From Octopus sinensis (taxonomy: Eukaryota), in the NCBI RefSeq assembly GCF_006345805.1, contig NC_043007.1:57784001-57848000 (forward strand): a stretch of 64,000 nucleotides of DNA, in the 5' to 3' direction. Below the pieces are notes generated by a model. The model ran no database searches, was not told the DNA's origin, and was given only the letters and a program-made list of their open reading frames with translations. Of the stretch, positions 13,330 to 26,649 are shown in pieces. Within the stretch, counting starts at the first letter, position 1. Each line of letters starts with the position of its first letter. The translations under genes were made by a program, and so were the position numbers.

Positions 13330-13842
13330 AAAGGCCAAATTAATAGAGATCATAAAAGAGATCACTTTTGCTAAAAATAAGTGTTAAAAGCAAGAAAGCC
13401 CTGTCTTAACGACTGACAAAGGGAGGTAAGTTCCCACCGTTCATAGTCGGATCACGATTTCGAATTTTGACGTAGACCATCTTAACCCTCATCAGCGACT
13501 CTTAACGCCTAGGTTTAAACACAACTAATTAGCCACCCTTTTTAATTCGTTGTTTACGCTTTTACCGTCCTCAACATCAGCACATATTTCCAACGGCTTT
13601 TCTTATAGGACTGACAGAGGTAGTCGAGTTTAACCCTAGTCGTTAAGTGTCGCTGATGAGGGTTAAGATGGTCTTTGTCAACATCTGATATCGCGATTCG
13701 ACTATGGACGCTAGGAACTTACCTCTCTTTGTCGGTCGTTAAGACTGCCTTTCTTGCTTTTGAGTTGTTTTAACTCCTATTTTTAGCAAAAGCGGTGCTA
13801 GTACACTCTGTCACTTTTGTAACCTCTATTAATTTTGCCTTT
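13330..13842. mobile_element. Non-coding fold-back element with ~190-bp inverted arms, each carrying a hammerhead motif
   Basis: Arms ~13330-13520 and ~13627-13842 are imperfect reverse complements (ends AAGGC(A/C)AAATTAATAGAG / CTCTATTAATTTTGCCTT) around a ~105-bp spacer. Confidence 0.8.
13445..13500 (-). ncRNA. Type I hammerhead ribozyme, canonical core
   Basis: AGTCG-CTGATGA-GGGTT(17 nt)AATTC-GAA-ATCGTGAT-C-CGACT: 5-bp stem I, 5-bp stem II, AUC cleavage triplet. The mirror copy at 13648-13703 (+) has GAAA mutated to GATA but a perfect ATCGCGAT palindrome. Confidence 0.8.
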
Positions 13843-14682
13843 TGGTTGTAATTGCTAATAAGTCATCAATATTTATATATATATATAATCCTTCATTAGT
13901 TGTCGGTTGTCTATCTACTCTACATTTCGAGCATTCGGCGACAATATGAGTCTTCGAAGACAATTGCTCCCATATCTTCCATAATCAATTTTGGTTTTGT
14001 TGGGCGGGGGACAGTTGGGAACAAAAACGGGACAGTGGAGACATACAAGGAAACTGAACGAAAACAAACATGGAGGGTCGTTAGACCAGAACGAGGGGAA
14101 AGATAGTGAACGCTGGAAAAAATATTTTCTTTGAAAAGAGAGAGACAGAAGATGTCCAGTCCTTAGGGCGTCCGTGCAGGAACAGAAAGATGGTCAATTG
14201 AGGAAAAGAAAGATGGTTGATAGTCACGTGTGAGCAACGAGAGAGAGAGAGAGAGAGAGAGAGAGGGAAAGAGAAAGAGGGAGGGAGACATTCTTTGCAT
14301 TCTTTACCTACCACGCCCGGAATACATACCAAACATCCTGCTTCATTGATGGATTGGTGAACTACTGTAAACTCACACATCATACCAACTCACAGCATAC
14401 CAACTCACATCCTGCCACTCACAGCAAAATGTACATATAACTCTGTAACGTATTATGTAAACTGATGAGGTTTCTTATGTACTGTAGGGTGAATTCCATT
14501 CAATTATGTTGTTTCACGCCTACTAGAGTAGATGTAAACAGTGCAGTCTAACGTTCCCGTTATTCGGACAGTTGATTCAGAGTCACAACTGTCCAACAAA
14601 CGAGAACGTGAAACTGTGGGTAGCAGTTTTTTTTTGTGATATTTTTTCAACTTTAATAATAAAGGATGTATATATGAAGAGA

Positions 14683-14748
<66 letters not shown>

Positions 14749-14936
14749 ATATACACATTAATAATATGTATGTGTGTGCATGCACACACATGCACACATA
14801 TCCACTGCTATTTTTCTCGAATTTCTTGTCTTTATTTTAAGAATATTAGTATAGTTTGTATGACTCTAAAAACATTGCTACTTTACATGTGAAACGCAAA
14901 ATAGCCAAATAGTTTACGCAATAGTGTCTTCTGGTC

Positions 14937-15032
<96 letters not shown>

Positions 15033-15147
15033 TATAGTCCCGAGCCGAGCAGAGGTTTGCGAAAAGATTTAGTAGACAGAACAGAAACGGAAAGAAACCT
15101 GTATACATAGACGGCGCCTCGAAGTAGAAATAGTACTGTACTGTACA

Positions 15148-15494
15148 TTTTTTCCGCCTCAGCGAAAGGAGAGGTATTGTTTCAGTCACGTTTGTTTGTT
15201 TATTTGTTTATCCGTGGACAAAATATCTCAAGAAACGCTGGATGACACTTTCAGTGATGTTTGACCTTGTGACTGGCACGAACTGCTTAAATTTGGGGAC
15301 AAGGATTCTGGACTATTTTTCCGGTTGATTTACTTAATTTTCAAGAGAGGTCGGGTTCATTTTTAATATTCTCGTTTGTGAAAGCAATTGAGTTTATTTA
15401 AGATATTCTCATTTTAAAAATCATATTTGGCTAATCATTAAGAGGACGTTGGTGTTGCCTTGTTGGAATTTTGCGCTCTCTGAATGCTCTTGTT
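15148..15494 (+). mobile_element. Helentron-associated (HINE-like) non-autonomous element; empty target copy
   Basis: 5' palindrome/subTIR TTCCGCCTCAGCGAAAGGAGAGG, (TTTG)n, 3' hairpin GCGCTCTCTGAATGC and CTTGTT end. Contains one AGGACGTTGGTGTTG at 15443-15457. Colinear with the sequences flanking the array at 30531-36277. Confidence 0.7.
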
Positions 15495-15722
15495 ATTTTT
15501 ATAATTTGTATATATCTATTTTATTATAAATGCAAAACAACACCACGGAGTAATCGACGTAAGTTAAATGATAAACCGCGATAACTGAAACGCGATAAGT
15601 CAACAGCCATATGGGAAGGGATTACTGTATTCAGTTTTATTTCAAGATTTATTGTCAATAGGGAAAGAGTCAGTTTCTAGCCTAGACCTAAGGCTCCTTG
15701 TTTGGAATTTCGACATCAAAAA

Positions 15723-16700
15723 CAGGGTATTTTTATATGTATGACACTGCCACATTTATTCAATATGACCATCTCTGTTTCGAATTACAGCCTTAAGTCT
15801 AGGTGAGAACGATTCACACGTGGCACGCAGCTGTTCTTGCAGAATCGAAGCCCACTCCTGGTGCAGTTTTGCCTTCAGAGCGTCGAGCGAAGCATGAGAA
15901 GTGCTCGAGACCCTCATCTCCAAAATGGATCAAATAGAAAACTCCAACGGGTTCGGAATGAGTCTTCTTGAGGGCACTACATCCTTGCCTATAAACGACA
16001 GAATGTTTTTCTGATTCCAATGCTGTCTGTTTGGAGCTGTGGGATGGTACCGAGTGCTCATTCGCCCATGGAAGCCTTTCAGCTTCCAGAATGTCGCTAA
16101 TGTGTCGTGTTAGTTTTACCATTTGAGGGCACAAAATCGAGGGGAGACCTTCCAGTGGTTGTCACAGCCGCCCAAACCATAAATGACTGTGGATTTTTGA
16201 GGTCGATTTACGATTCTACCCTCGACGGAGCTAGATACACTCCAAAATTGACCGTTCTGTTGGTTTACTTTGTGTTCGATGTCATTTTTCTTTTCATCAG
16301 TGAACACCATGTTGGGCAGTGTGCCTTCAGCAATCTGACACAGGATAAGAGGAATTCTCTCCAGTCTCATAGCCTTATAAACTTACGTGAGCTCATGACA
16401 GAGGATCATCTTGTAGGAGTAGATCCTGAGATCCTCCTTCAGCACTTGATACATCGATGCTCGGCTTATTTTTGCTGTGGCAGCCAGTTTTCTGACGGAA
16501 CGAAGAGGTTTTCGCCATATCTTTTCTTTGGTGCTTTTCATAAGCTGAGGGGTTTGCACACTTCCTTTTCGGCCAAGTTAGGTCGATCAGTGGTGGAATC
16601 AGTCTCTTGAAATTTATTGACAATTTTTCAGACTGTTGTTCGGTTAATTTTAACCTATTTTAACGACAGCTGTTGCTACGGAATTTGCAGATGTGGAAGA
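15723..16700 (-). mobile_element. Degenerate maT/DD37D-like Tc1-mariner transposase
   Basis: MVFTDEKK.DIE.KVNQQN, DILEAE.LPWA, a WP.SSPDLNP-like segment and a GHIE* end on the minus strand; multiple frameshifts. Confidence 0.75.
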
Positions 16701-16734
16701 TATGAAAAAAAAAAAAAAACCGACGGAGGCATTA

Positions 16735-16907
16735 AAAGGCATCATTTCGCAAGAGTTCTAATACTACTTCGAATAGTGGAAAACGCCTCTGGGCTGATGC
16801 ATTGCTTCAAATGGAGAATACTTTGAAGGCGATAAAAGTGTAAACATGTAAAACTAACTGAATAAAATAACATTGCAAAATGTCGGTTTCTTTTGGGCAC
16901 CCCCTCG
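16735..16907 (+). mobile_element. Mariner 3' end with right TIR
   Basis: Encodes a CIASNGEYFEGDK* C-terminus, followed by TTTTGGGCACCCCCTCG and TA. Confidence 0.75.
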
Positions 16908-17083
16908 TAGATAGATCGATAGATCGATAGATAGATAGATAGATACATACATACATACATACATACATACATACATACATACATACATGCATAAACATAC
17001 GTAGATAGAAAATTTGAAAGAGATTGATAGATATAAATAATATATACATACACGCACATACATAGATATATGTTTGTGTGTAA

Positions 17084-17129
<46 letters not shown>

Positions 17130-17630
17130 TTCGTAGCATATAATTGCCAAACAAGTGTGGCATCCTATACGAGACAGTGCTACAGATGTTTATAGACACA
17201 GGAAGACATCTCTTCTAGCTGGCTAATGACACACATTCTGGGTCCGATTAGTATTTGCAAAGGGAGGTCATTGCTCCCATCCCTAGCCTTAAGTGTTACA
17301 CAGGGACTCGAGTTTCTGGGGTGTGTACCCGTCCTCAACGTGTGTTAATCACCAGCTGGTGATGAAAACTCTCTCCAACTCGCAAAATACTATATGCTTT
17401 TTCCAGTGACAAAATTTCGCTGATCTCGAAAAAGGAGAAATAAGCTATATTAAATCTCAGAGATTTAATACAGCTACACACACACACACACATTTTTATA
17501 CTGATAGATGTTGATTTATACATACTCAAACATACACACATATACAACATACATAGATGCATACACACATACCTAGATACCTACTTACCTACCTACCCAC
17601 CTAGCTACCTACCTAGCTACCTACCTACAT

Positions 17631-19572
17631 AACGGGAAGCTTACGAAAATAAACAAAAGACGAAGGCAGGTGGAGTACAAACAAACAATTGTATTAGTAT
17701 GGCGCTCAGGAATAGAAATAAAACAAGTCTTTTACGTTTCGAGCCCACGCTCTTCAACAGAAAGATACACAGAAAAGAAACACCGAGAGAAACAAGGAGA
17801 GAAACAAGGAGAGAAAAAAATGCGTGCAGGAGCTAACGATTTAACATGGCGGTCTGATTTCGGCCAGAAGTCAGAGATCAGACGTTAGACGCAAGAGGGA
17901 TAGTAGGGGAGATAACAAGGTCAAATGACCTCGCCCCAACATAAGGGTGCGTTTGTGTATGAGAGACTATGTATGTGCGTATGAAAGGTCTGGACGTGTG
18001 TATGTATGTATGATGTGATGTGTAATGTCGTATGGTGTAGTGTAGTGTCGTATGGTGTAGTGTGGTGGGAGGTGGGGAAAGCCCATGTGGGGTGTGGGTT
18101 CGGCTGGGGGTTGGGGGAGAGTGGGGGTTGTGGGGAGAGTGAAAGAGGGAAAGAAGAGAGAGGGAGGAGTGGAGGAGGGAAGAGAGATGAGGGGGAGAGG
18201 AGATGAGGGGGAGAGGGGATGAAGAGGGAGGAGAGATGAAGGGGAGGGGAGAGATGAGATGAGATGAGGGGGTGGGGGGAAAGAAGGAAGGAGAGGATAG
18301 GGAAGGGAAGGGGAGGGTGAGAGGGGGAAGGAAGGAGAGGAGAAGAGGAGGGGAGAGGAGAGGAAAGGATAGAAGGGGAAATGATGGGAGGGGGAGGGGG
18401 AGAGAAGAGGAGTGAGGGAGCAGAGAGAAAGAGCGAAGAGGAAGAGGGATGAAGAAAGAGGAAAGAAGAGGAGGGAAAGAGAGTAGAGGCGAAAAGATGA
18501 AGGACTGAAGAGAAGTAGGAGTCGGGGGAGGTTAGATGATAGGGGGGAGGTTAGATGAGAATGGGGGGAGAGTTGAGACCGAATGGCGTGAAAGAGCGAA
18601 GAGAGAAGATTAATTCTTGTTCGCGGCGCAAACGGGGATCCGGATGGCCTCTGTGCAAGGACAATCCGAACACAGACAGGTGTTGCAAGGAGTGACCGGT
18701 GGAGCGGAAATGGCGTGAGACCGGTGTGTCGTTGGCAAGGCGGATGTCACGGAGGTGATCCGCGAGCCGGTCAGCCAAGCGGCGTCCCGTTTGTCCGATG
18801 TATAGGGAATGGCAGAGAGAGCAGGAGATGCAATAGATGATATTGCTGGAGGTGCAGGTGAAGGAGTTGATGATGCGATAGGGTCGATGATGGGTGCCAG
18901 TGAGGAGGGTGGTGTTGGAGAGGTAAGGGCAAGTGCAGCAACGTGGGCGGGAGCAGGGGAACGAGCCAGGTTGGGAGGTAGGGTCAGGGAAGGAGCTGTG
19001 GACCAAGAGGTCTCGTAGGTTATGGGCTCGTTTGAAGGAAGTGAGGGGTCGGTTAGGGAAGAGGTGTGAAGTGTGGACGGGTCGAACTGGAGATGCCGGA
19101 AAGCTCGAAGAATGGTGCATTGGAGAGGTAGGGTCGTGGGGTGGTAAGTGGGGGGAAAAGGGAGGCGGGAGACTACAGGGCGGGTTCGGGGGGAGAGAGT
19201 AGATGCACGGTCTACGGAACGTGCTCTGGCAAGGGCGGTGTGGATAGTGGTGAGGGGGTATCCACGTAAGATGAAGTGGCGAGCCATGAGTTGAGACTGA
19301 GTCTCAAAGTCATGGTCGTCACTACAGAGCCTACGTAGACGGAGGAATTGGGAATGGAAAGCTTGGTGTGTTTGGGGTGGGAGGAAGAGAAGTTTAGGTA
19401 TGAGTGTGAGTCTGTGTGTTTGTAGTGAATGGAGGTGGTAAGAGTGGAGTGATGAATGCTGACCGAAATGTCGAGGAAGGAGACAGAGGTGTTGGAGATA
19501 GTGGAGGTGAAGTGGAGGGCAGGATGGAAGGATTGAACGAAAGAGAGGAAGGAATCTAGATGTTGGGAGAGT
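17631..19572 (-). mobile_element. Penelope-like element (Neptune-like), 5'-truncated: RT thumb, GIY-YIG endonuclease, polypyrimidine tract, HHR tail
   Basis: SQFLRLRRLCSDD thumb. CSRPRCCTC linker. TCTSSNIIYCISCSLCHSLYIGQTGRRLADR..H and RLRREQELIF..GLN (ORF 18551-19120). HHR at 17728-17765. Confidence 0.9.
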
Positions 19573-19898
19573 TACATTTTTGTGTATGTGTGTGCGTGTG
19601 AATATATGTATGTACGTATGTTTATGACGTATCTGTCGTAATCCAGACAACTGTTTTAGCCGCTACGGCAAAGCCCTCCCACTCCAATTGATACGCTGAA
19701 AGAAGCTACTTATCATTTTCGTGACACTAAGTTTTTTTCGTAAGATTTAATGCAGAAGACAATTCATCGTTACATTTTTCTTTTTTTAATCATAGTTTGA
19801 ACAACTGAAATTCTCTCTTACCATGATTACACCAACCTTCAATGTACTAAATATTAGCTGTAGATGATAAAGAAATGTCGGAGATTCATATTATCATA

Positions 19899-20099
19899 CG
19901 AGGGGGGCGCTAAAAAGTTCCTAGCTTTGGATTAAATAAAGAAATACAGGACGATCAGTTAATTGTTATTTTATTCAATATATTCCCCTCTCACATTCAC
20001 GCACTTATATCGCAGCGGTCAAAAGAACTCAGAAGGTTGGGCCTCCAACCAGGTCTGTCGCGATATCCTTAAAGCCGGGAACTTTTCAGCATCCCCTCG
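19899..20099. mobile_element. Mariner-derived MITE with TA target duplication
   Basis: TA|CGAGGGGGGCGCTAAAAAGTTCC ... GGAACTTTTCAGCATCCCCTCG|TA. Confidence 0.85.
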
Positions 20100-23000
20100 T
20101 AGGTAGAATAGAATAGACATTATATAGGGACAACAGCTTTGTACGCAAAGTGCTACATGGGATTATTTTCCTTGGCCAACCTGGTGCACAAGATCAACAT
20201 TCTTGCAGTATTTGTGAACATAGCATTGTTCTCTCTATATGTAACATACGACGGTTCGGTGATGTTAGGTTGAATATGAGTCTCCACGTAGGCATGACTG
20301 CCAGGTGTAATTTTAGCTGTTTGATTATAGGTCATTAGCATGTTGAAGGAATAACCTTAATTTGGGCAAGCAAGGTGAGTATGCCTTGTAAAAAAGTAAT
20401 TATGCATGGATCTACAAGCGTAAGGGTGATCTTTCCGGTTATCAGCCGAAAATGGTTTAAAGGACTTGAATAGGGTGCATCTTTGATGACAGTAGTAGGG
20501 AAGATAAGCTTTCCTGTCGATGGATACTGCAAGGTGTCAAGAGAAAACTCCACAACTCCACCTTCCTGTCACTCTTCATCTTAGCAAGGAAACGATTTCG
20601 CTAGTATTACATGCAACATCTTTGACACAGCCCCGCCTTACTCACCTGAAGTTTTCGATTGCCAACTTTATTTGAATACGCACGCGCACGCACGCACACA
20701 TATTCAAACATACAGACACATATATAAATCGAAGTGTACGGTTTTACACGAGGTTGTAATGGATATATATAGTACTGTCTACTCCGATTAATGTACCCTC
20801 TCTTGAAAAATACACGAGAGCATATTTCTTCTGACTCATGCCTTCTTAGACGGCTATATATAACCGAAACTGTGACCTGGCCGCTGTTAAATTTATAACG
20901 TGAAAATAACAGCGCGACAGATAAGATAATATACAACAAATTACTATACTCAACAAATACAAGCGAAAATATATATTTGATATTGAGTACTCCTATACTT
21001 TTGTATGTGTGCATAAATAAACATATACAACTAGCAGTTTGACCATAGAGAGGGTCTCTACTATTTCATATATTTCTATATCTGCCTCACTCACTATATT
21101 TACACTTCTTGAACTTAATAGTTTACCCACTATATGTACCTATAATACACGAACCACTGGCTGTTGTAGACTACAAGATTAACATTGTAAGATTAATGTT
21201 TTGTTAACTTACCCAGAGTTTATTCTTTCATGTGTGAATTAGAACTCGATGTAGGAACGCAAGATAAATTACGTGGTAACCAACTCTTCACTAAGCTGTT
21301 TTTACACGAATTTAACTAGGTCAAAATTATATTTGATGATATTCCAAAATATTTAGGTGCTGCAAGACACGTCACATTTGAAGTTTTATAACATTTTCTA
21401 TAAGCGTAGAGTTATTTTGTAAACATTTATTTATTGAATAAGTGTTAATTATTAAAAGTGAATGTTAAATTGGTAAATAGGAACGTAAAGACGCATTACA
21501 GAATTGGGAAGGTTACGACCTATTTATGAGTTATAGCTATTTCTTTTGCCATCCCTCTCTCCTGAAGTCAATAAAGGTACTGAGGTTATTTAGTGGAGTC
21601 GGTTCAACTTATCGCATGCCCTTACATTATTGTTAATTTCTGCCAATGTAAGAACTCGATAATTAATAATATCAAGACAATGTATATCAGGAATAATTGG
21701 GGAACGGGCTAAATGACTTGACTCAATAAATTCTGTGTTCAAATCCACAGACGTCGGCGGTGCCTTATATCCATCTCGGATTAATAAAATAAGTACCTGG
21801 TAAGTAATGGGACTATTTTAATATAAAGTACAGATGGGATAATGTAGTCCTTCATATAATACATCAGAAAAAGTGGAATGGTTGAAGCTGGAATACTTTG
21901 ATCATAGATCTGCTCAATGTAGGCTGACATGAGAGTTAATGAACAGCATCTACAAATTAATTCTTGTGGATTTTTTTATTTTTTGATGGGGGGACACAAT
22001 AAATTCAATAAAATATCCACAAACAAGTCCTCTGGAAGATAAGGCCTTGAAGGTTTAGGAATGTTAACTGATTTAGAAACATTGTTGTTCACATCAAAAC
22101 ATAAATAAATATTGAGGAATACGAAAAGTCATTGGTAAAAGGGATTACTCTCCAGCACTGTAGCGTCTTCAACAAAATATGTCACAAACAAAAGTTCTTC
22201 TTTATATCTCATATATATATATTGATATAGTCCATCATTATTAAAGCAGTGTCACTAAAGTGTTCATGCTAGGCTATTACCAACAGACACAAGATGATAA
22301 ACTCAACCACTGCATAAAATCTTTGGCATTAACAGTAAAAGAATAGTTAAAAAGGGTCATAATGAGGTGCATTTAATCATGTTTAATAGCCAACTATTTC
22401 TCTTTGGTAGTTATATATAGAGAAAAACATAGAAAGAGGAAGTCTTCAAGGTATAACAAAGTGAAGAGGAGAAAAGTGGGAAAATAGGAGTGCTAGATGG
22501 AAAGCGGGAAAATTACCTTTAAAAACTTACTGCATCGTAGAATGTGTTATTATACAGGATATTGAGATCAGGAATGTCAATTTGTGAGTTAAAACTGAAA
22601 GGAAAAAGAAATTGTGATTGCTCCTGATTCTACTACATAGAAATGGGCATGGAAAGATTAACAGTCTAAAATATCAAATAGTGTATTATTAAGGAAAGGT
22701 ATAGTGAGATCAGTTGTGAATGTAATGGGCTAAGACAGAAAAGAGAAATGGAGAGAGCGTATTATTGTTCCTGGTAAAATTTAAGTATGGAACCGTTCAG
22801 TCATGTAGTAGTATGATCTCGCAGTGGTTTAGGAGATACTTGTTTATGCGGCGACATTCAGGAAAGAACTCTGATCTGGCATTTAAGTGGTTTGCAAATG
22901 TTTTGTCCCAGTATGTGTAAATGTGAGAGTGTGTGAGTGTGTAAATGTGTGAGTATGCAAGTGTGTATGAGTGTGTATATATGCATGTATGTATATATGT

Positions 23001-23923
23001 ATATTTGTATGTAATGGGGGAGAGACAATGGTAGAAATATAATTATTGTTAAGACTTCTTATGATAATACAATCCTTTTTTTACAAAAAAAAAATGAAAT
23101 GGAAAGTGTGGTTTGACATGGTTCCAGTAGAGCATTAGTATTAATCAAATGAAAGCTTGAGACACGAAATCAACTCTGCTCATAAAACAAACGAAATAAA
23201 TGTTTTATAGCGTGCATGGTGTCTGCTAGTTAATTACTGCAAAGTCAATAATCATTCAGAAAACAATAGTATTACTTTATCGATAATGAGCAGTACAACC
23301 AGCTGAATTATTGGCAGTTCAAATACAATCTCGGCACCATTACACTTCTGGCCAATACTATTAATTCTCTAGAACCTAGTCAACCTTTTCGAAAATAGGT
23401 AGAACTGGTGAAGTCTCTACCTTGTCATTCGATCTGTAGAATTTTTTCCCCATCATATTCCTTTGTCTTTTAATAATTTAAAATTGAAGGACAGGATCGT
23501 TGACGTCGGAACATCTTTGACATCTAATTTATCAGAGTTGATAAATTCACCAACACCGGGTGTCAAGCGGTGGTGAGAGACAGAGACACAAACAAATACA
23601 CTCAAACACACACACCCATTCAAACATACACGCACACTCAAACACACATACATACAAACACACATACATACAAACACACACACACACGCGCACACACACA
23701 CACATATGAAAACATGTGACTCACTTCCTTCAGTTTCCGTCTACCAAATCGATTCACGAGACTTTGGTCGGTCCAAGGACACCCATCCAAGGTGCCACGC
23801 AGTGGGACTGAATTCAGAACCATATGGTTGAGAAGGAAACTTCTCATCACACAGCCACGTCTGCACCTATATATACAGGTACTTACGTACATATTTGGTC
23901 TCCCGTATGTAAGTACATATATA

Positions 23924-23963
<40 letters not shown>

Positions 23964-24365
23964 GAAAGAATGGAGTCGAACGAAGATGTTAACAAAATTC
24001 CTTTACTCTCGACACATGTTTCGAAGACAGCATGGTTTCATTCCAAAGGAATAAAGGGTGCATTATGCAATCTTCTCATCAGGAAAGAAAGGGAGCCTCT
24101 CCCGACAACAAGGCAAACAAAAATTTCGATGATTGCCTACATGGTAAACAAAGCGATAATGAGTGTTTTTTTTTGAAACCGTTAGAAGAATTGACGTCAA
24201 AAATAGATAGTAGGAAGAGAAGGGACAAAGTAATAATAGGTAGGGAACAAGTGGAGAGGGAAGGGTACGTTGATTGAAAGAATGTTTGAAGGCTTAGGAA
24301 AGAATTTCTCTATAGAAGTGGTGTGGACGTAAAGCAAATTGTTCAAACTACAGTGACTATCGTTA

Positions 24366-26649
24366 TCATTTATATGAGTAGAAAGTGTGTTTCTGCCAGT
24401 GTTTACATTTGCATGATTTTTCTATGAGTGTGTTTACTAGGAGAACCTTAGAGAAAAGAATATGGAAGAGTTCAGAGTTACAAATGTTACAAAATCTCCT
24501 GCCCTTATCAAAAGGAAAGGATACAGACAGTATGAACCAATCTAACTTGAAAATTATATTGTTGTCTTTTAGACGCCAAACTAATTTACTTAGCCCTGTA
24601 CTATGTCGTTTTTTACTATCCCTGAATGTTGAATAGTGGTTTGAAATTCTCTTGGATAACTGGGAAGTGGACGCTCCTATATAGAAGAAGACATCGGTGC
24701 CGGAAGAAATTCTACACTGGTAAATAGGATTCTTAATCTTAGAATTACTAGACAAAAACTTTATTCTGTTGGGGTTGTCCTCCGACATCGAAACGAAGTT
24801 TTTATTGTTATGATTGTTGTTAATATTATTATTAGCGCTAACAACTACACTATTTCTATTATCATTAGTATTATTAATGGTATTACAACCAGTAATACCA
24901 CCGACAATAATACCGTTATTGTTGTTACCATCAACACTACCATTGTTATTAACACGACTAATACTATTATTAATATTATCATTGTTAACACTTTCGCTGC
25001 TACTAATGCTGTTACTATTAATACTATTCCTATTATTATGATTGTATGGTGGGTTGGAATTAGCAAAATTAGTGTTGGAACTCCCGGGTGAAAAATCTTT
25101 TTAGCAGCTTGGTATTGTGGGAAGATGTAATTTGTGAAAGATTCCTAGTGTTAGAGAAAGCGATTCTGACCTTGTGGGAATTGATAATAGAATGATATCT
25201 AGAATTTCTGGGAAAGTTCCTAGCAACGGCTTCACGGAACTGTAAGGGAAGGTTCGATTTAATTTGTTTTCCGAAAGGTATTACGAACCAGATACAGTTT
25301 TTTGTGGCCTTTGAATTGTTCTTAGTGTTATTTGTGATAGTAAGGGGAAAATTTCTGGGTTGGAAATTCGGGGTTGCATAGCGCTTACCTCCCTTAGTCC
25401 GTAAAGAATTTATTTTATGTACAGGGTTGCTGGTACTATTTGAATTGAAATCATTATTCCTATTACGAGTAACTTTACTATCTGGAGAAGCAGATGTTGG
25501 TTTAGAATGAGCTGAGTCGATGTATGACACTTTCTCCTTATAACCGGCTCTTAACAAGGCGGCGTTATAGAAGTCTGCCTTTTGGTTAAATATGTCGACA
25601 TTAGCAGATAATTTGGACAGTCTCAGAGATATGTTTTTAACTAAATTATCGATAATTGGCCTAGCATGATTACTGAAAATGCTGATATACTTAAGATTTG
25701 TGGAATGTTTATGATAAGGGAAGTATGAGTTATTCTGCAAATTGAGGGTAATGTCTAAGAAGTTGGCTTTAGTTAATTCATCGTCAAAAACTATGCGCAA
25801 GCCCATTCTACTAAAAAACCTAACTAATGTGTTAACCTTCTGTATTTTTTGGTTCGAAACGTTTTGGAGGTAAAGCAGACAATCGTCGCGATAAAGACCT
25901 CCACAGATGTCCGGGAATTGGTCGGCCATTTCATAAAGAATATAAATTCCGGCCAAATCGGCTATCTGGGCGCTATCTGTACTTCCCATTAGTACATCAA
26001 ACGCATTAGGGGTATCTCTACGGACCCACAACTTGCTATCGAACTGGATGAAAGATTTCCTAGCAGTCAATATTACACTAATTTCCTCCCTGGGGAGGCC
26101 TGCCTTATTGTGTGCGTGCCATAGGGCCTTATTAAATATAATGGGGTTGATTGAAGAATAGAAACTAGATATATCGAATTGGATGAATTTAGTGTTGGCC
26201 TTATCAGTAATAGAAGTAAACCAATCTACGACTTGAACAGAATTGGACCATAAGCTAAGTTTTAATTTATTAATTAATATAGGGATATACTTATCTAATA
26301 TGTATTTACTAAGGGTACCGATATCTGAACTGGAAGAGCATATGAGCCGCAATGCTGGGTTAGTATGAAAGTTCTGTTTGTGGTCCTTTAAGATGAATCT
26401 GGTTTGCCTAGGGTTTAATGGTTCCGTCTTCATCTGTAATCCGTAAGTCTCCATAATCTGCTTAGTTTCTAAGTTGGCCTGCCTGAGAGTATTCCTACTG
26501 GTGGTCCTGTAATTCTTATGTATCTCCTTTTCGAGCAGTTCTAAATAATGTCTCTTGGTAAGCTTATTGATGTTGCCGGTTTTATCCGATTGGACCAGGA
26601 TAGAATCTAAGCTGTTTATATCTCTAGAGACGTTATCGAGGTATCTGAG
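24366..26649 (-). pseudogene. PLE RT plus GIY-YIG ORF, 5'-truncated, one 2-nt deletion near 25100
   Basis: Open in frame from 26649 (SDKTGNINK..Y). RT motifs LKDHK, FDISSFY, MGSTDSAQIADL, LYRDD, FLDITL. EN motifs IYQC..YIGAS..KRISNH..CNICNSE..LVN..CKCKH. Left arm reads CTAAAAAGATT where the right arm reads CTAAACAAAGATT. Confidence 0.85.

Noticed and set aside
16107-16610. 167-aa plus-strand ORF
   Set aside because: Antisense shadow of the maT-like transposase relic.
20150-20553. Short minus-strand ORFs that look like decayed coding sequence
   Set aside because: No family could be recognised and no splice structure supports a host exon.
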